Source of the DNA: the human T2T-CHM13v2.0 reference genome, Homo sapiens
DNA length: 64,000 bases
NCBI RefSeq assembly: GCF_009914755.1
Contig: NC_060932.1
Strand: one strand, 5' to 3'
A model generated the notes under the pieces. The model saw only the letters and a list, made by a program, of their open reading frames with translations, was not told the origin of the DNA and did not search any database. The position numbers were made by a program, and so were the translations under genes. Below, in pieces: positions 27,530-44,052 of the stretch; position 1 is the stretch's first letter, and the number at the start of each line of letters is the position of its first letter.

Positions 27530-27740
27530 AGTGTGATGTATTTGAATCCCAGCTCTACCATTTACCAGCTGTAAGGCGTTGCAAATATTACTTAATCTCT
27601 GTGCCTCAGTTTTTCAGTTTGTAAAACAGAAAAAGTAATAATACCTACCTAGTAATGTTGGTGTACAGATTAAATGAGTCATTGTACATAAAACTGCTTA
27701 GAAAACTCGCACATAAGTGCTATGTGAATGTTTCTGATTC
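27530..27740 (+). mobile_element. MIR
   Basis: 'tttgaatcccagctctaccatttaccagctgt...ttacttaatctctgtgcctcagttt'. Confidence 0.8.
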
Positions 27741-27801
27741 TTTGTCATTAGAATATTTCCCATCATATCATTATCATAACCTTTATAATAAATAAAAATT
27801 A

Positions 27802-28216
<415 letters not shown>

Positions 28217-29088
28217 TCAATGATACATATTATGCACTTGCTAGGTATCAAGCCCCATGTGACCCCCGCCCTAAGGGAGCTTACAGTCAGTTAAAGCAGA
28301 AGAAATCACACAATCTCAACAGTCCTGATGGCCTCAGCTTTGCACATCACCCTCCCATCCTAAATTGCAAATGCCATTTCATCATTTTATCATTTTTGGC
28401 CACTGTTAATGCACCCTGAAGATTTGTTTTACATTATATTTATATAAGTAGTCCTAAGATACATAAAGTGTTCTTCTGTTTTGAATGGGCTTCTATTTTT
28501 GCTAGATTTGAACAAGTGTAGTAATTTCAATTTCCTGTTGTTATTTAACAATTCTCATTTCACACAGGTATCATTTAGGTGTTAACACAAAAAAGTGGAT
28601 TTTTCAAAACATGTTTAAATCTCCATATTTTTTAGCATCTTGACCTTCTAAATCAACACAAAATCTTCAATTCTGCAAAGATACAATGCATTCCATTCCT
28701 GTTTCCATATTTCCAATCATTCAACAAATGTTTATTGAGTACGTGTTATGTACCAGACACATTCAGTGCTAGGCACCAGGGATGAGAAGACAGTTCCTGT
28801 CTCAAGGTTTGCTCCTTCTAAATGGGGAAGCTCCCATCACAATGTGAAAAATGAGAATAATAATAAGAGTGTGTACTGGAACTATGGAGCAAGGAGTTGG
28901 AAACCAAAAGAAAGCATCCTGATCCATTCTGAAAACAGACCTTTCAAAGAATAAGGCATTTGAAGCCAGTCCTAGAGGCCATCTGGTGATAACTAGGCAG
29001 AAAAATCCTTCCAGGATAATAATGTAGACTAAGCAAAGCTAAGAAAGCATAAGAGAGCATAATGTGTTTAAAAAACACTTAGGTTCAG

Positions 29089-29390
29089 CTAGCCATGGTG
29101 GCTCACACCCGTAATCCCAGCACCTTGGGAGGCTGAGGCGGGTAGATCACTTGAGGCCAGGAGTTTGAGACCAGCCTGGCCAACATGAAGAAACTCCATC
29201 TCTACTAAAAAATACAAAAATTAGCTGGGTATGGTGGTGGCCTGTAATCCCAGCTACTCAGGAGGCTGAGGCTCAAGAATCACTTGAGCCTGGGAGGCAG
29301 AGGCTGCAGTGAGCTGAGACTGCACCACTGCACTCCAGCCTGGGTGACAGAGTGATACTCTGCCTCAAAAATAAAACAAAAACAAAAAAA
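29089..29390 (+). mobile_element. AluS within an L2 relic
   Basis: Dimeric Alu, TSD cacttaggtt. Confidence 0.88.
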
Positions 29391-29859
29391 ACCACTTAGG
29401 TTAAATGGAACAAAACCATGGGTAGAGAGTGTTAAATAAAAGAGGAAGCAAAGATCTCTTACAACCCCTACTGAAGACATTGAGATTTATCTTTCTTGGG
29501 AGAGAAAGTCAAAAAAAAAAAAAAAAAAACCGCAACAAAAAAACAACCAACCTGTAGGCCAGGGAATAGAATCTTCAGATTTGCATCACAAAAATCCATC
29601 TGATGAAAACATGAAAGAAGAGAGACTGGCAAAAAGAGTTCAGCCAGGTGGCTTGTGAAGTAGTAAAACAATAAATTAAGAGGGCCTGAACTACGACAGT
29701 GACCACAGCAAAGATTGGATAGTGGGTATACTTAAGGCTATACAGAAGACTAAATTTAAAAGAAAAGCCTTATGCACAAATACTGCATGGAGTATAACAA
29801 TCCCTTGAATGCACAGAATAGCTCACGAGAAAGGAGAAGGCTCCTACAACTCAGCAAAA

Positions 29860-30050
29860 GTAAAGGTGGGGGATGAGGGGAGGGAGAGCATCAAGATAAA
29901 TAGCTAATGCATGCAGGGCTTAATACCTAGGTGATGGGTTGACAGGTGCAGCAAACCACCATGGCACACATTTACTTATGTAACAAATCTGTACATCCTG
30001 CACATGCATCCTGGAATTTAAAATTAAATTAAATTAAATTTTAAAAATTC
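29860..30050 (+). mobile_element. Short L1PA 3' end
   Basis: 'cttaatacctaggtgatgggttgacaggtgcagcaaaccaccatggcaca' plus A-rich tail. Confidence 0.85.
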
Positions 30051-30892
30051 AAAAAGAAAAGATGTTCAACAACAACAACAGCAAGAAAAGTAAAGACTAG
30101 AAAAACCTGTCCACAAACACAAGGAGATGACAAGGAAGCTGGTCTATCCTAACACAAGCTCTGATGGAAAAAAACCCTCCCTGATAATTTGAAACAATAG
30201 GTCTGCCCTCACCTAAGCTTGTGGTTGAAATTTACACCTTGTGAGGGTTCTGGAGCATGGAGCCTAAGAAAATAACATAAACATGGAACAGTATAAAATA
30301 AGATCTATGGTGAGAAAAAAAAAGTAAGATACAAAACAGTGCAGGTAATAGAGTGCCACTAATGTAAAAGGTAATAATAGCCAGGTACATATATGTTGCA
30401 TATGCACAGACCATCTTACCTAAAAATGTGTCCCAGGCTCAGTCTTTGATCCTCATCTCTCCTCTAGTGATACTCACTCTATTAGTGATCTCACCCAGTC
30501 TCAAGGCTTGTTGATCACTTTAAACTGGTTGCTCTCAAATTTATACTTCTGGCCCAGACCTCTCTCCCACAACCCAGACTCGGATATTCAACAGCCAACT
30601 CAAAATCTCCGCTTAGATGCATGAGACATCTAAAATCCAAAACTTTTCTTATATCCTCTCAAGCCTGTTCCTCCACATCCTTCCCCATTTTCACTGACAG
30701 TAAATCCATCCTTCCAGCTGCTTTGTTCTAAACCCTTAGAGTCATCCTTGAGTCTGTGCTGGCTCTCACATCCCACATCCAATTCATCAGGAAAGACCAT
30801 TGGATCTATCTTCAAGATATGTCTAGAATCCTACTGCATTACACCTTCTCCATGGCCACCACCCTGGACAAAATCAACATCATAAGAATTCC

Positions 30893-31328
30893 TGTGTATT
30901 GTAAATTTTGAAACATCATATTTTCCTGCTGCCTCAACATCTCCATGAATAGACTGGGAGCATTCCACCCAGGCAACCAGATGAGCCTATGTGATAATAT
31001 TGACGCAAGACGTAAGTTCTCCTTCTTGCTCTTCCCAGACTGCGACCAGTGATATTCAAATACACCAGTGAAATCACCTTGCAACTTTTCTTATATACTC
31101 TACCCTAACCCCGAATTACTTGGCCCAGTGTCCTCATTCTTTCACTTCTCCCCACTGCTTGGCTGAGCTTATTCCTTTGGTACCCTTCCTGTGTGACCCT
31201 CTTGTGGTGTGCAGTGACTCTATCTCTCTAGGACCTGTGAGGATAACAAACTATGTTTTCCTATGCCTCTTTTGTGTCCCTTTTTGTGGCCTCCTCAAAC
31301 TGATCATCTCATGAAAGAATATAAGACA
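30893..31328 (+). mobile_element. Putative old solo LTR inserted in L2 (family uncertain)
   Basis: About 435-bp TG...CA block interrupting L2-like sequence; LTR-like 'ggacctgtgaggataacaaa'. Confidence 0.4.
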
Positions 31329-31450
31329 ACCTGCATCACTGCACCAACTTCTCACAGGTCTCCCTGCTTCTACCTTTTTCCCCCCACCACACTCACACAC
31401 TGTAATTTAAATTTAGAAGCCAGAGTGAGCCTTTAAAAATAGAAGATCAT

Positions 31451-31748
31451 GGCTGGGGGCGGTGGCTCACACCTGTAATCTCAGCACTTTGGTAGGCTGA
31501 GGCAGGCAGATCACTTGAGGTTAGGAGTTTGAGACCAGCCTGGCCAACATGGTGAAACCCTGTCTCTACTAATAATACAAAAATTAGCTGGGCATGGTGG
31601 TGTATGCCTGTAATCCCAGCTACTTGGGAGGCTGAGGCAGGACAACCACTTGAACCAGGAGGCAGAGGTTGCAGTGAGCTGAGATCGTGCCACTGCACTC
31701 TAGCCTGGGTAATACAGCAAGACTCCATCTCAAAAAAAAAAAAAATAA

Positions 31749-31800
<52 letters not shown>
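31451..31800 (+). mobile_element. AluS whose tail expands into (TA)n
   Basis: Alu body, A tail, then (TA)n at about 31753-31800. Confidence 0.9.
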
Positions 31801-31804
<4 letters not shown>

Positions 31805-32357
31805 CATGCCACTGTTTGGCTCAAATTCCTGAAATGGCTTCCAGTGTCACCCAAAGTAAGAGCCAAGGTCTTCCCAATGGCTTACAAGAGTTTGTCTGAT
31901 CTGTACTCCCATACCTCTAGATATTTCACTACTCCCCGTTCCTGCCCTCCACTGCAGCACATTAGGCTCCTTGCTATTTTGTGAGCACGCCAGGCATGTT
32001 CCTTCCTTATACCCCTTGATCTAGCTGTTCCCTTGGCCTGGAACATGCATCCCCACTTATCCACTTGCTAACAAGTTGCCTTTTAAAGTCTTTGATCAAG
32101 TCTCATCAAGTCAAGGAGACTTACCATGAGGATATCATGTATTAAGGCAGCTGGTCCCTGGCCCCAGCACTCTTACTCTTCTAACACTGCTTTACTTGTC
32201 CCATTCACCTATCACTCTGACTGTCAATCACCTTATACAATTTACTTATTGGTTGTGTTTGTTATTTATTTTCTGCCCCCCTCCCAGTATATATACACAC
32301 ACACATGCTCCCCTGGAAGGTAAACTTTCTGGAAACAGGAATTTTTGTGTTTGTTTG

Positions 32358-32658
<301 letters not shown>

Positions 32659-33741
32659 CTTTGTCTGTTTTTTTAATTGATGTATCCCAACTTCCTAGAA
32701 CAAGGCCTGGAACATAGACACTCAGCATTTGTTAAATAAATGAAGAAAAGAATAAGAAACTGCCAACAGCAGTTCCATCTGGGAGGGTAAATTGTGTGAA
32801 TGGAGTACAGAGATGGAAAGAAACCTCTTTCACGTTGCAACTTACATTAACTATTCAAAAGAATCAACAAAAAATCAAAATATCTAAAACACACACAAAA
32901 AATAAATGTAGTCCTACGTTGGTGATACTTCCTTGAAATCTAGTATAAGTAAACAGATCCACTCTTAGGGATGACTTGATCTGGATCTCACAGTATTCCC
33001 ATAGGTAAAAGCCTGCTGAAGATGAGCTCACAATCCAACATTACAGAACACAAAACCAAAAGTCTGCCATAAGTAAATTTTATGATTAAACAGTCCCCAT
33101 GAACTTCAGATAACATATAATCACATAGAAACCACTATATATGACTATAGATATTTTCAAAAGAATTGAGATATGAGAAGAAAATAAGACACTGAAAAAA
33201 TATTTTAAAGGTTAAAAATGGAAACTTTTAGAAATGTAAAATGCTGTTATCAAAATTTCAAGCACTCAATGATATGTTAAACAGCAGATTTGACACTCTT
33301 TCCAGACACTCTGTAAACACATCTGAAGAACTAATCAACAAGGCAGCATAAAGTGACAAAGATACAGAAAATGTGAACATTCCAAAAGTAGAAAACAGAA
33401 AACATGAAAAAGAAAATTTTTTCAAGCAGATAATTGTTGAGAATTGTACAAAATTAATGAAATCCAATAATTCAGATTTTAAAAGTATAAAAATTCCTGA
33501 GCAAGATAAGCAAAAATAAATTCATATCTACATATATCATAGTTACTCTGTAGAACACCAGTTAAAAAGAAATTTTAAAAGCAAACAATAAGTAAATATA
33601 AATTACTAACAAAGGAGTAACAAATCAACAGCAGATTTCTTATTAACAATAACAGAAGATAGAAGGCTACTGAATAATATCTTCAAAAGTCAAAAAACAA
33701 AAAACCACTTATATCCAACTCTCATTCAAAAATTAGGGTGA

Positions 33742-34042
33742 GGCTAGGTGCCATGGCTCACACCTGTAATCCCAGCACTTTAGGAGACCAAGGCAGGAGA
33801 ATCACTTGAGCCCAGAAATTAAAAATTGTCCTGGGCCACATGGCAAGACTCCATCTCTACAAAAAACTTTACAAAAAAAAATTTATCTGAGCATAGTGGT
33901 GCTCACCTGTAGTCCCAGCTACTTGGGAGGCTGAAGTGGGAGGACATTTGAGCCTCAGAGGTTGAAGCTGCAGTGAACCAAGATTGCACCACTACACTCC
34001 AGCCTGGGTGACAGAGCGAGACTCTACCTCAAAAAAAAAAAA
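33742..34042 (+). mobile_element. AluJ within old L1M sequence (about 32900-34560)
   Basis: Alu dimer; degenerate TSD aaaattagggtga/aaaattagaatga. Confidence 0.85.
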
Positions 34043-34579
34043 ATTAGAATGAAATAAAGACATTTTTGGAAAAGTGAAGACAAAAGTGTTTAGCTAATAG
34101 ATCTTTAAAGAAAACATTAATAGTGAATATCTTAGGAAAGAAGGAACTGGAAAGCAAAACAAATTAAATGTAAAAAGAAATGATGAGTACAGAAATTAAT
34201 AAATATCTAATGAAAACTTTGTCTAATACAATAATCATAAGTAATGAGAATTACAAAACTAAGATGGAACTAACCAACTGGACAATAATAATATGTAAAT
34301 TTGTGGTGGACAGTAATTGAAGTTAAAGCATTCCTAGAACCTTGTATTGTTTCACAGGAAGGTATGTAGAGATATTAATAAACATGATTTTATTAAGTTA
34401 ATAAATGATAAAATATGAACTACTGAAAAATGGAAATAGGATTCTGATTAATGAAATTTACAAACCTCTCAGAGGAAAAGAAAGACAAGAAAGGAGCAAA
34501 ATAAAGTAGAATACAAAAAGGAACAATGTGGTTTTTAAAATTTCTAGCTGAAATTTGTATTGTACAAAAAAAGTTTAAC

Positions 34580-36886
34580 TGTATTTTTTTATTTTTTATT
34601 TTTAGATTCAGGGGTACATGTGCAGGTTTGTTACATAGGCTTATTGCATGATGTTGAGGTTTGAGCTTCTAATGATCTCATCCCCTAAGTAGTGAACATA
34701 GTACCCAATAAGCAGTTTTTTATCCCATGCACCTCTCCCAGCTCTCCCCACTTTTGGAATCCCCTGTGTTTATTGTTCCCATCCTTGTGTCCATATGTAC
34801 CCCATGTTTAGCTCTTACTTATAAGTGATAACATGCAGTATTTGGTTTTCTGTTTCTGCATTAATTTGCCTAGGATAATGGCCTCTAACTGCATCCATGT
34901 TGCTGCAAAGGACGTGATTTCATTCTTTTTTATGGTGGCTGTGTGGTGTTCCAGAGTGTACACGTACCACATTTTCTTTATCCAATCCACCACTGAAGAG
35001 AACCTGTCTTTGTTATGGTAAATGGTGCTGCAATAAACATACAAGTGCAAATTTCTTTTTGGTAGAACAATTTTATTTTCCTTTGGGTATATACCCAGTA
35101 ATGTGATTGCTGGGGTAAATGGTAATTCCATTTTTAGTTCTTTGAGAAATCTCCAAACTGCTTTCCACAAGGGCTAAACTAATTTGCATTCCCACCAACA
35201 GTGTATAAGCTTTCCCTTTTCTCTGTAAACTCACCAGCATCTGTTATTTTTTGACTTTTTAATAATAGCCATTCTGGCTAGTATTGGGAACCTGCCCCCA
35301 TTAGGCACGTAGGTTCTTTTCTATTTTCCCTAAGTGTTGGCTGGCCTGAGAAATAAAGGAACAGAGTACAAAAGAGAGAAATTTTAAAGCTAGGTGTCCA
35401 GGGGAGACATCACATGTTGGCAGGTTCTGTGATGCCCCCTGAGCCATAAAACCAGCAAGTTTTTATTAGTGATTTTCAAAAGGGGAGGGGGTGTACAAAT
35501 AAGGTGTGGGTCACAGAGATCACATGCTTCACAAGGTAATAAGATATCACAAGGCAAATGGAGGCAGGGCGAGATCACAGGACCACAGGACTGGGGCGAA
35601 ATTAAAATTGCTAATGAAGTTTCGGGCACACGTTGTCATTGATAACATCTTATCAGGAGACAGGGTTTGAGAGCAGACAACTGGTCTGACCAAAATTTAT
35701 TAGGTGGGAATTTCCTCATCCTAATAAGCCTGGGAGCGCTATGGGAGACTGGGGCTTATTTCATCCCTACAGCTTCGACCATAAAAGACGGCTGCCCCCT
35801 GAAGCGGCCATTTTAGGGGCCTACCCTCAGGTATGCATTCTCTTTCTCAGGGATGTTCCTTGCTGAGAAAAAGAATTCAGTGATATTTCTCCCATTTGCT
35901 TTTGAAAGAAGAGAAATATGGCTCTGTTCCACCCAGCTCACCGGCGTTCAGAGTTTAAGGTTATCTTTCTTGTTCCCTGAACATTGCTGTTATCCTGCTC
36001 TTTTTTCAAGGTGACCAGATTTCATATTGTTCAAACACACATGCTCTACAAACAATTTGTGAATTAACGCAATCATCACAGGATCCTGAGGCAACATACA
36101 TCCTCCTCAGCTTACGAAGATGACGGAATTAAGAGATTAAAGTAAAGAAAGGCATAGGAAATCACAAGGGTATTGACTGAGGAAGTGATAAGTGTCCATG
36201 AAATCTTCACAATTTATGTTCAGAGACTGCAGTAAAGACAGGCATAAGAAATTATAAAAGTATTAATTTGGGAAACTAATAAATGTCCATGAAATCTTCA
36301 CAATTTATGTTCTGCCATGGCTTCAGCTGGTCCCTCCTTTCAGGGTTCCTGACTTCCTGCAACAGACTGGTATGAGATGGTATCTCATTGAGGTTTTGAT
36401 TTGCATTTCTCTAATGATTAGTGATGTTGAGCATTTCTTCATATGTTTGTTGGTCACTTATAAGTCTTCTTTTGAGAGGTGTCTGTTCTTGTCCTTTGTC
36501 TACTTTTTAATGGGGTTATTTGGCTTTTCCTTGTTTATTTTTTGAGTTCTCTATAGATTCTGGATATTAGTCCTTTGTCAGATTTATAGTTTGCAAATAT
36601 TTTCTCCTGTTCTGTAGGTTGTCTCTTTACTCTGTTGATAGTTTCTTCTGCTGTGCAGTAGCTTCTTAGTTTAATTAGGTCCCAATTGTCAATTTTTTGT
36701 TTTGTTGCATTGGCTTTTGAAGACTTAGTCATAAATTCTTTGCCTAGGCCAATATCTAGAAGAGTATTTCCTAGGTTGTCTTCTAGGATTTTTTATAGCT
36801 TGAGGTCTTACATTTAAGTCTTTAATCCATCCTAACTTTTGTATAAGGTGAGAGGTAGGAGCACAATTTCATTGTTCTGCATATAG
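34580..36886 (-). mobile_element. 5'-truncated older L1PA (PA13-16-like), split by MER11
   Basis: Antisense L1 3' UTR and ORF2 C-terminus (MWKAVWRFLKEL..., [11 protein letters not shown]...). Confidence 0.88.
35282..36364 (-). mobile_element. MER11 (HML-8/HERVK11) solo LTR, about 1083 bp
   Basis: Minus strand starts TGTTGCAGGAAGTCAGGAACCC...GAAGCCATGGCAGA; degenerate 6-bp TSD ggctag/gactgg; L1 resumes in register. Confidence 0.9.
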
Positions 36887-37215
36887 TTTGACAGTAATAT
36901 TATATTTTATCAATTCTAACATGATTATTTTTAAACAGAATAGTATAATGAATTCACGTGTCATATTTTCCAGCTTCAACAATAATCACATTTTGCCATC
37001 TTTGTTTCATCTAATTCCTCTGTCACCTTTTTTGAAAAATTTTGTGAAATTGTTTTAAGGCAAACACAGGCATCATATTATGTCATTTATTGATATTTCA
37101 GAATGTAACACCAACAATGCTAACAAAAGGACTTTTCAAAACAAACTACTACATCATTATCTCAAACAGCAAAATTAACAAAAATCCTTCAATATTTTTA
37201 CTCAATCGGTGTTCA

Positions 37216-37410
<195 letters not shown>

Positions 37411-37469
37411 TACTCTGCCTGATTGTCTGGGGGCTTAAAAAATCAAAAAACAAAAACAAAAATAAATAA

Positions 37470-38800
37470 AACTTAAATGTAAAACCTTAAAATTATTTTT
37501 AAAAAATCCTTGGAGCAAACCTATGAAATACCATTCTAGACATAGTCCCTGGCAAACATTTCATGATGAAAATGCAAAAAGCAATTGCAACAAAAACAAA
37601 ATTTGACAAATATTACCTAATTAAAGAGCCTTTGCACAGCAAAAGAAACTATTAACAAAGTAAACAGACAACCCACAGAATGGGAGAAATTATTTGCGAA
37701 CTTGCATCTGATACAAGTCTAATATCCAGAAACTATAAGGGACTTAGTCAAATTAATAAGCCAAAAACAAACCATAACATCATTAAAACAAGTAGCTGGT
37801 ATTAAAAGTGTATACCACCACACCCAGTATAAAAAATGTTTTGAGACATTTAGGGAAAATTGAACACAGATTGGGTATTAAAAATATTGAAGCATTTTTG
37901 ATAATTTTGCTATCTGAAATAATGATGTGGTCTGTGCTTGTTAATTTGCTTAACCCCATTAAAAATTGGGCAAAGGACATGAATAGACACTTTTCAAAAA
38001 AAGACATGCAAGCGACCAAAAAGCATGTGAAAAAATGTTCAACATTACTAATCATTAGAGAAATGGAAATCAAAACCACAATGAGATACCATCTCACACC
38101 AGTCAGGATGGCAATTATTAAAAAGTCAAAAAAATAACAGATGTTGGCAGGGTTGCAGAGAAAAGGGAAAGTTTATACAGTGCTGGTAGGAATGTAAATT
38201 CATTCAGCCAGTGTGGAAAGCAGTTTAACAATTTCTCAAAGACATTAAAACAGAACTATTATTCAACCCAGCAATTATTGAGTATATACCCAAAGGAATA
38301 TAAATTGTTCTACAATAAAGACACATGCACATGTATGTTCATTGCAACTCTATCCACAACAGCAAGGACATGGAATCAACCTACATGCCCATCATTGGTA
38401 GACTGGAATAAGAAAATGTGGTACACATACACCATGGAATACTATGCAGCCATAAAAAAGAATGAGATCATGTCCTTTGCAGGAACGTGGGTGCAGCTGG
38501 AGGCAATCATCCTGAGCAAACTAACACAGGATCAGAAAACCAAAAATCACATGTTCTCACTTATAATTGGGAGCTAAACATTGAGTACACATGAATACAA
38601 AAAAAACGGAACAATACACACTGGACCTACTTGAAGGTCAAGGGTGGGAGGAGGGTGAGGATCAAAAAACTACCTATTGGGTAATATGCTTACCTGGGTG
38701 ATGAAATAATCTGTAAACCAAACCCTGGTGACACACAATTTACCTACATAACAAACCTGGACATGTACCCGTGAACATAAAAAAAAGTTTAAAAATAAAT
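37470..38800 (+). mobile_element. 5'-truncated older L1PA containing an inverted insertion at 37789-37950
   Basis: ORF2 C-terminal peptides ([26 protein letters not shown]) and 3' UTR. Confidence 0.88.
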
Positions 38801-39698
38801 TAATTAAATTAAACTTTTCATACACATGGTTTGTTCAAATCAGGATTTTGTTAAATTCATGCATTACATTCTATTGATGTCTTTATAATCTCTTTATGCC
38901 CATCACAGTTCCCTCCACTTTCTTTATTGTTTTTATTTTGTATTTTGTGTTCATTTCATGGTGCATTGTATTGCTATTTATTTGTTGGAGAAATGTAAGG
39001 AATTTTTCATTTTTTGGATTCAGCTGGTTGCATTCATGCGGTATTGGTTACCACGTTATTCTATCTCCTGTATATCCTGTCAATTCTCATTAGATTTAAA
39101 GGTTTAATCAGATTTAGATGAAATGTTTTCTTTTTCTTCTTTTTTTTTTTGCAGGAGTACTTAATAGATGATATTGTGTACTTCCTAACTAATCTCAGCA
39201 AAGGGCATATAATATCTGATTGTCCCATTATTAAAGCAGTAAAGGTTGATCAGTCTGATTCATCCCTTATAAAGTGTCCAATCGACTGTATGCATGAGAG
39301 TGTTAGTACCCATTGATGAGCATTGCCTAGATCCATTATTCCAATAAAGCTGTAAAACAATGCTTTGAAAGTTTTACCATTTCCCCAACATTTATTAGTT
39401 GAAGTTTTTCGATGAGGAATTTTCTCTCATCAACTATTTGCTTACCCTGAAACAGAGGTAACCTACAAAAGGCAGTATACATGCTTAATTCTTTTTGTGC
39501 ATCTGTGTTTAAAATACTAATTTGGTCTCCTAGCAAGTTCAAAAAAAATGATAAATAAAATGTCACTTTCAATTTCATATTTAATTCATAGATTTATATA
39601 TTAGAATTATATCAATTCATTGGAGACTTTTTTTTAACTGTCAGTTAGTCCCCTTTCTGACCATTTGCTCTTCTGCGCTTTTAACACTACCCCAGTAG

Positions 39699-40217
<519 letters not shown>

Positions 40218-40244
40218 CCAAAGTTTTTAGAAATAGAAAGCTGA

Positions 40245-40370
40245 GGCTGGATGTGGTGGCTCATGCCTGTATTCCCAGTGATTCAGGAGGCTGAGGCAGG
40301 AGGATCACTAGAGGCCAGGAGTTCAAGACCAGCCTGGGCAACAAAGCAAGACACAATCTCTTAAAAAAAA
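40245..40370 (+). mobile_element. FLAM monomer
   Basis: Single left-type arm with A tail. Confidence 0.75.
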
Positions 40371-42897
40371 AACTATTCCATATTGATATTCCCAATTACA
40401 TGATTTTTACTTAAATTCTTCTTTTCTTAAATTATACTTTAAGTTCTAGGGTACAGGTGCACAATGTGCGGTTTTGTTACATATGTATACACGTGCCATG
40501 TTGGTTTGCTGCACCCATTAACTCGTCATTTACATTAGGTATTTCTCCTAATGCTATCCCTCCCCCATCCCTCCACCCCATGACAGGCCCTGGTGTGTGA
40601 TGTTCCCCGCCCTGTGTCCAAGAGTTCTTATTGTTCAATTCCTACCTATGAGTGAGAACATGCAGTGTTTGGTTTTCTGTCCTTGTGATAGTTTGCTAAG
40701 AATGATGGTTTCCAGTTTCATCCATGTCCCTACAAAGGACATGATCTCATCTTTTTTATGGCTGCATAGTATTCCTTGGTGTATATGTGCCACATTTTCT
40801 TAATCCAGTCTATCACTGATGGACATTTGGGTTGGTTCCAAGTCTTTGCTATTGTGAAAAGTGCAGCAATAAACATACGTGTGCATGTATCTTTATAGTA
40901 GCATGATTTATAATCCTTTGGGGATATACCCAATAATGGGATCGCTGGGTCAAATGATATTTCTAGTTCTAGATCCTTGAGGAATCACCACACTGTCTTC
41001 CACAATGGTTGAACTAGTTTACATTCCCACCAACTGTGTAAAAGTGTTCCTATTTCTCCACATGCTCTCCAGCACCTGTTGTTTCCTGACTTTTTAATGA
41101 TCGCCATTTTAACTGGTGTGAGATGGTATCTCATTGTGGTTTTTATTTGCATTTCTCTGATGACCAGTGATGATGAGCACTTTTTCATGTGTCTGTTGGC
41201 TGCATAAATGTCTTCTTTTGAAAAGTGTCTGTTCATATCCTTTGCTCACTCTTTGATGGGGTTGTTTGATTTTTTCTTGTAAATTTGTTTAAGTTCTTTG
41301 TAGATTCTGGTTATTAGTCCTTTGTCAGATGGGTAGATTGCAAAAGTTTTCTCCCATTCTGTAGGTTGCCTGTTCACTCTAATGGCAGTTTCTTTTGCTG
41401 TGCAGAATCTCTTTAATTTAATTAGATCCCATTTGTCTATTTTGGCTTTTGTTGCCATTGCTTTTGGTGTTTTAGTCATGAAGTCCTTGCCCGTGCCTAT
41501 GTCCTGAATGGTATTGCCTAGGTTTTCTTCTAGGGTCTTTATGGTTTTAGGTCTAACATTTAAGTATTTAATCCATCTTGAATTAATTTTTGTATAAGGT
41601 GTAAGGAAGGGATCCAGTTTAGGCTTTCTACATATGGCTAGCCAGTTTTCCCAGCATCATTTATTAAATAGGGAATCCTTTCCCCAGTTGCTTGTTTTTG
41701 TCAGGTTTGTTAAAGATCAGATGGTTGTAGATGTGTGGCATTATTTCTGAGGACTCTGTTCTGTTCCATTGGTCTATATCTCTATTTTGGTACCAGTACC
41801 ATACTGTTTTGGTTACTGTAGCCTTGTAGTATAGTTTGAAGTCAGGTAGCATAATGCCTCCAGCTTTGTTCTTTTTGCTTAGGATTGTATTGGCACTGTG
41901 GGCTCATTTTTGGTTCCATGTGAAATTTAAAGTAGTTTTTTTCCAATTATGTGAAAAAAGTCATTGGTAGCTTGACGGGGATGGCATTGAATCTATAAAT
42001 TACCTTGGGCAGTATGGCCATTTTCACAATATCAATTCTTCCTATCCACGAGCATGGAATGTTCATTTGTTTGTGTCCTCTTTTATTTTGATGAGCAGTG
42101 ATTTGTAGCTCTCCTTGAAGAGGTCCTTCACATCCCTTGTAAGTTGGATTGCTAGGTATTTTATTCTTTTTGTAGCAGTTGTGAATGGGAGTTCACTCAC
42201 GATTTGGCTCTCCGTTTGTCTGTTATTGGTGTATAGGAATGCTTGTGATTTTTGCAGATTGATTTTGTATCCTGAGACTTTGTTGAAGTTGCTTATCAGC
42301 TTAAGGAGATTTGGGGCTGAGACGATGGGGTTTTCTAAATATACAATCATGTCATCTGCAAACAGGGACAATTTGACTTCCTCTTTTCCTAATTGAATAC
42401 GCTTTATTTCTTTCTGTTGCCTGATTGCCCTGACCATAACTTCCAACAGTATGTTGAATAGGAGTGGTGAGAGAGGGCATCCCTGTCTTGTGCCAGTTTT
42501 CAAAGGGAATGCTTCCAGTTTTTGCCCATTCAGGATGGTATTGGCTGTGGGTGTGTCCAAAATAGTTCTTAGTATTTTGAGATACGTTCCATTAATACCT
42601 AGTTTATTGAGAGTTTTTAGCATGAGGCGTTGTTGAATTTTGTCGAAGGCCTTTTCTACATCTATTTCGATATCATGTGGTTGGTGTCTTTGGTTCTCTT
42701 TATGTGATGGATTACATTTATTGATTTGTGTATGTTGAACCAGCCTTGCATCCCAGGGAGGAAGCTAACTTGATCTTGGTGGATAAGCTTTTTGATGTGC
42801 TGCTGGATTCGGTTTGCTAGTATTTTATTGAGGATTTTTGCATGGATGTTCATCAGGGATATTGGTCTAAAAATTCTCTTTTTTTTGTTGTGTCTCA

Positions 42898-43101
<204 letters not shown>

Positions 43102-43559
43102 TTATTGGTCTATTCAGGGATTCAATGTCTTCCTGGTTTAGTCTTCAGAGGGTGTATGTGTCCAGGAATTTATCCATTTCTTCTAGATTTTCTAGTTTAT
43201 TTGTGTAGAGGTGTTTATAGTATTCTCTGATGGTAGTTTGTATTTCTGTGGGATCGGTGGTGATAGCCCCTTTATCATTTTTTATTGTGTCTATTTTAGT
43301 CTTCTCTCTTTTCTTCTTTATTAGTCTTGCTAGCAGACTATCTATTTTGTTGATCTTTTCAAAAAACCGGCTCCTAGATTCATTGATTTTTTGAAGCGTT
43401 TTTTTGTGTCTCTGTCTCCTTCAGTTCTGCTGTGATCTTAGGTATTTCTTGCCTTCTGCTAGCTTTTGAATTTGTTTGCTCTTGCTTCTCTAGTTCTTTT
43501 AATTGTGATGTTACGGTGTCGATTTTAGATGTTTCCTGCTTTCTCTTGTGGGCATTTAG

Positions 43560-44052
<493 letters not shown>

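Noticed and set aside
36190-36312. Direct repeat gtccatgaaatcttcacaatttatgttc
   Set aside because: Internal to the MER11 LTR and, as I recall, a normal feature of it; two copies only, not a CRISPR-like array
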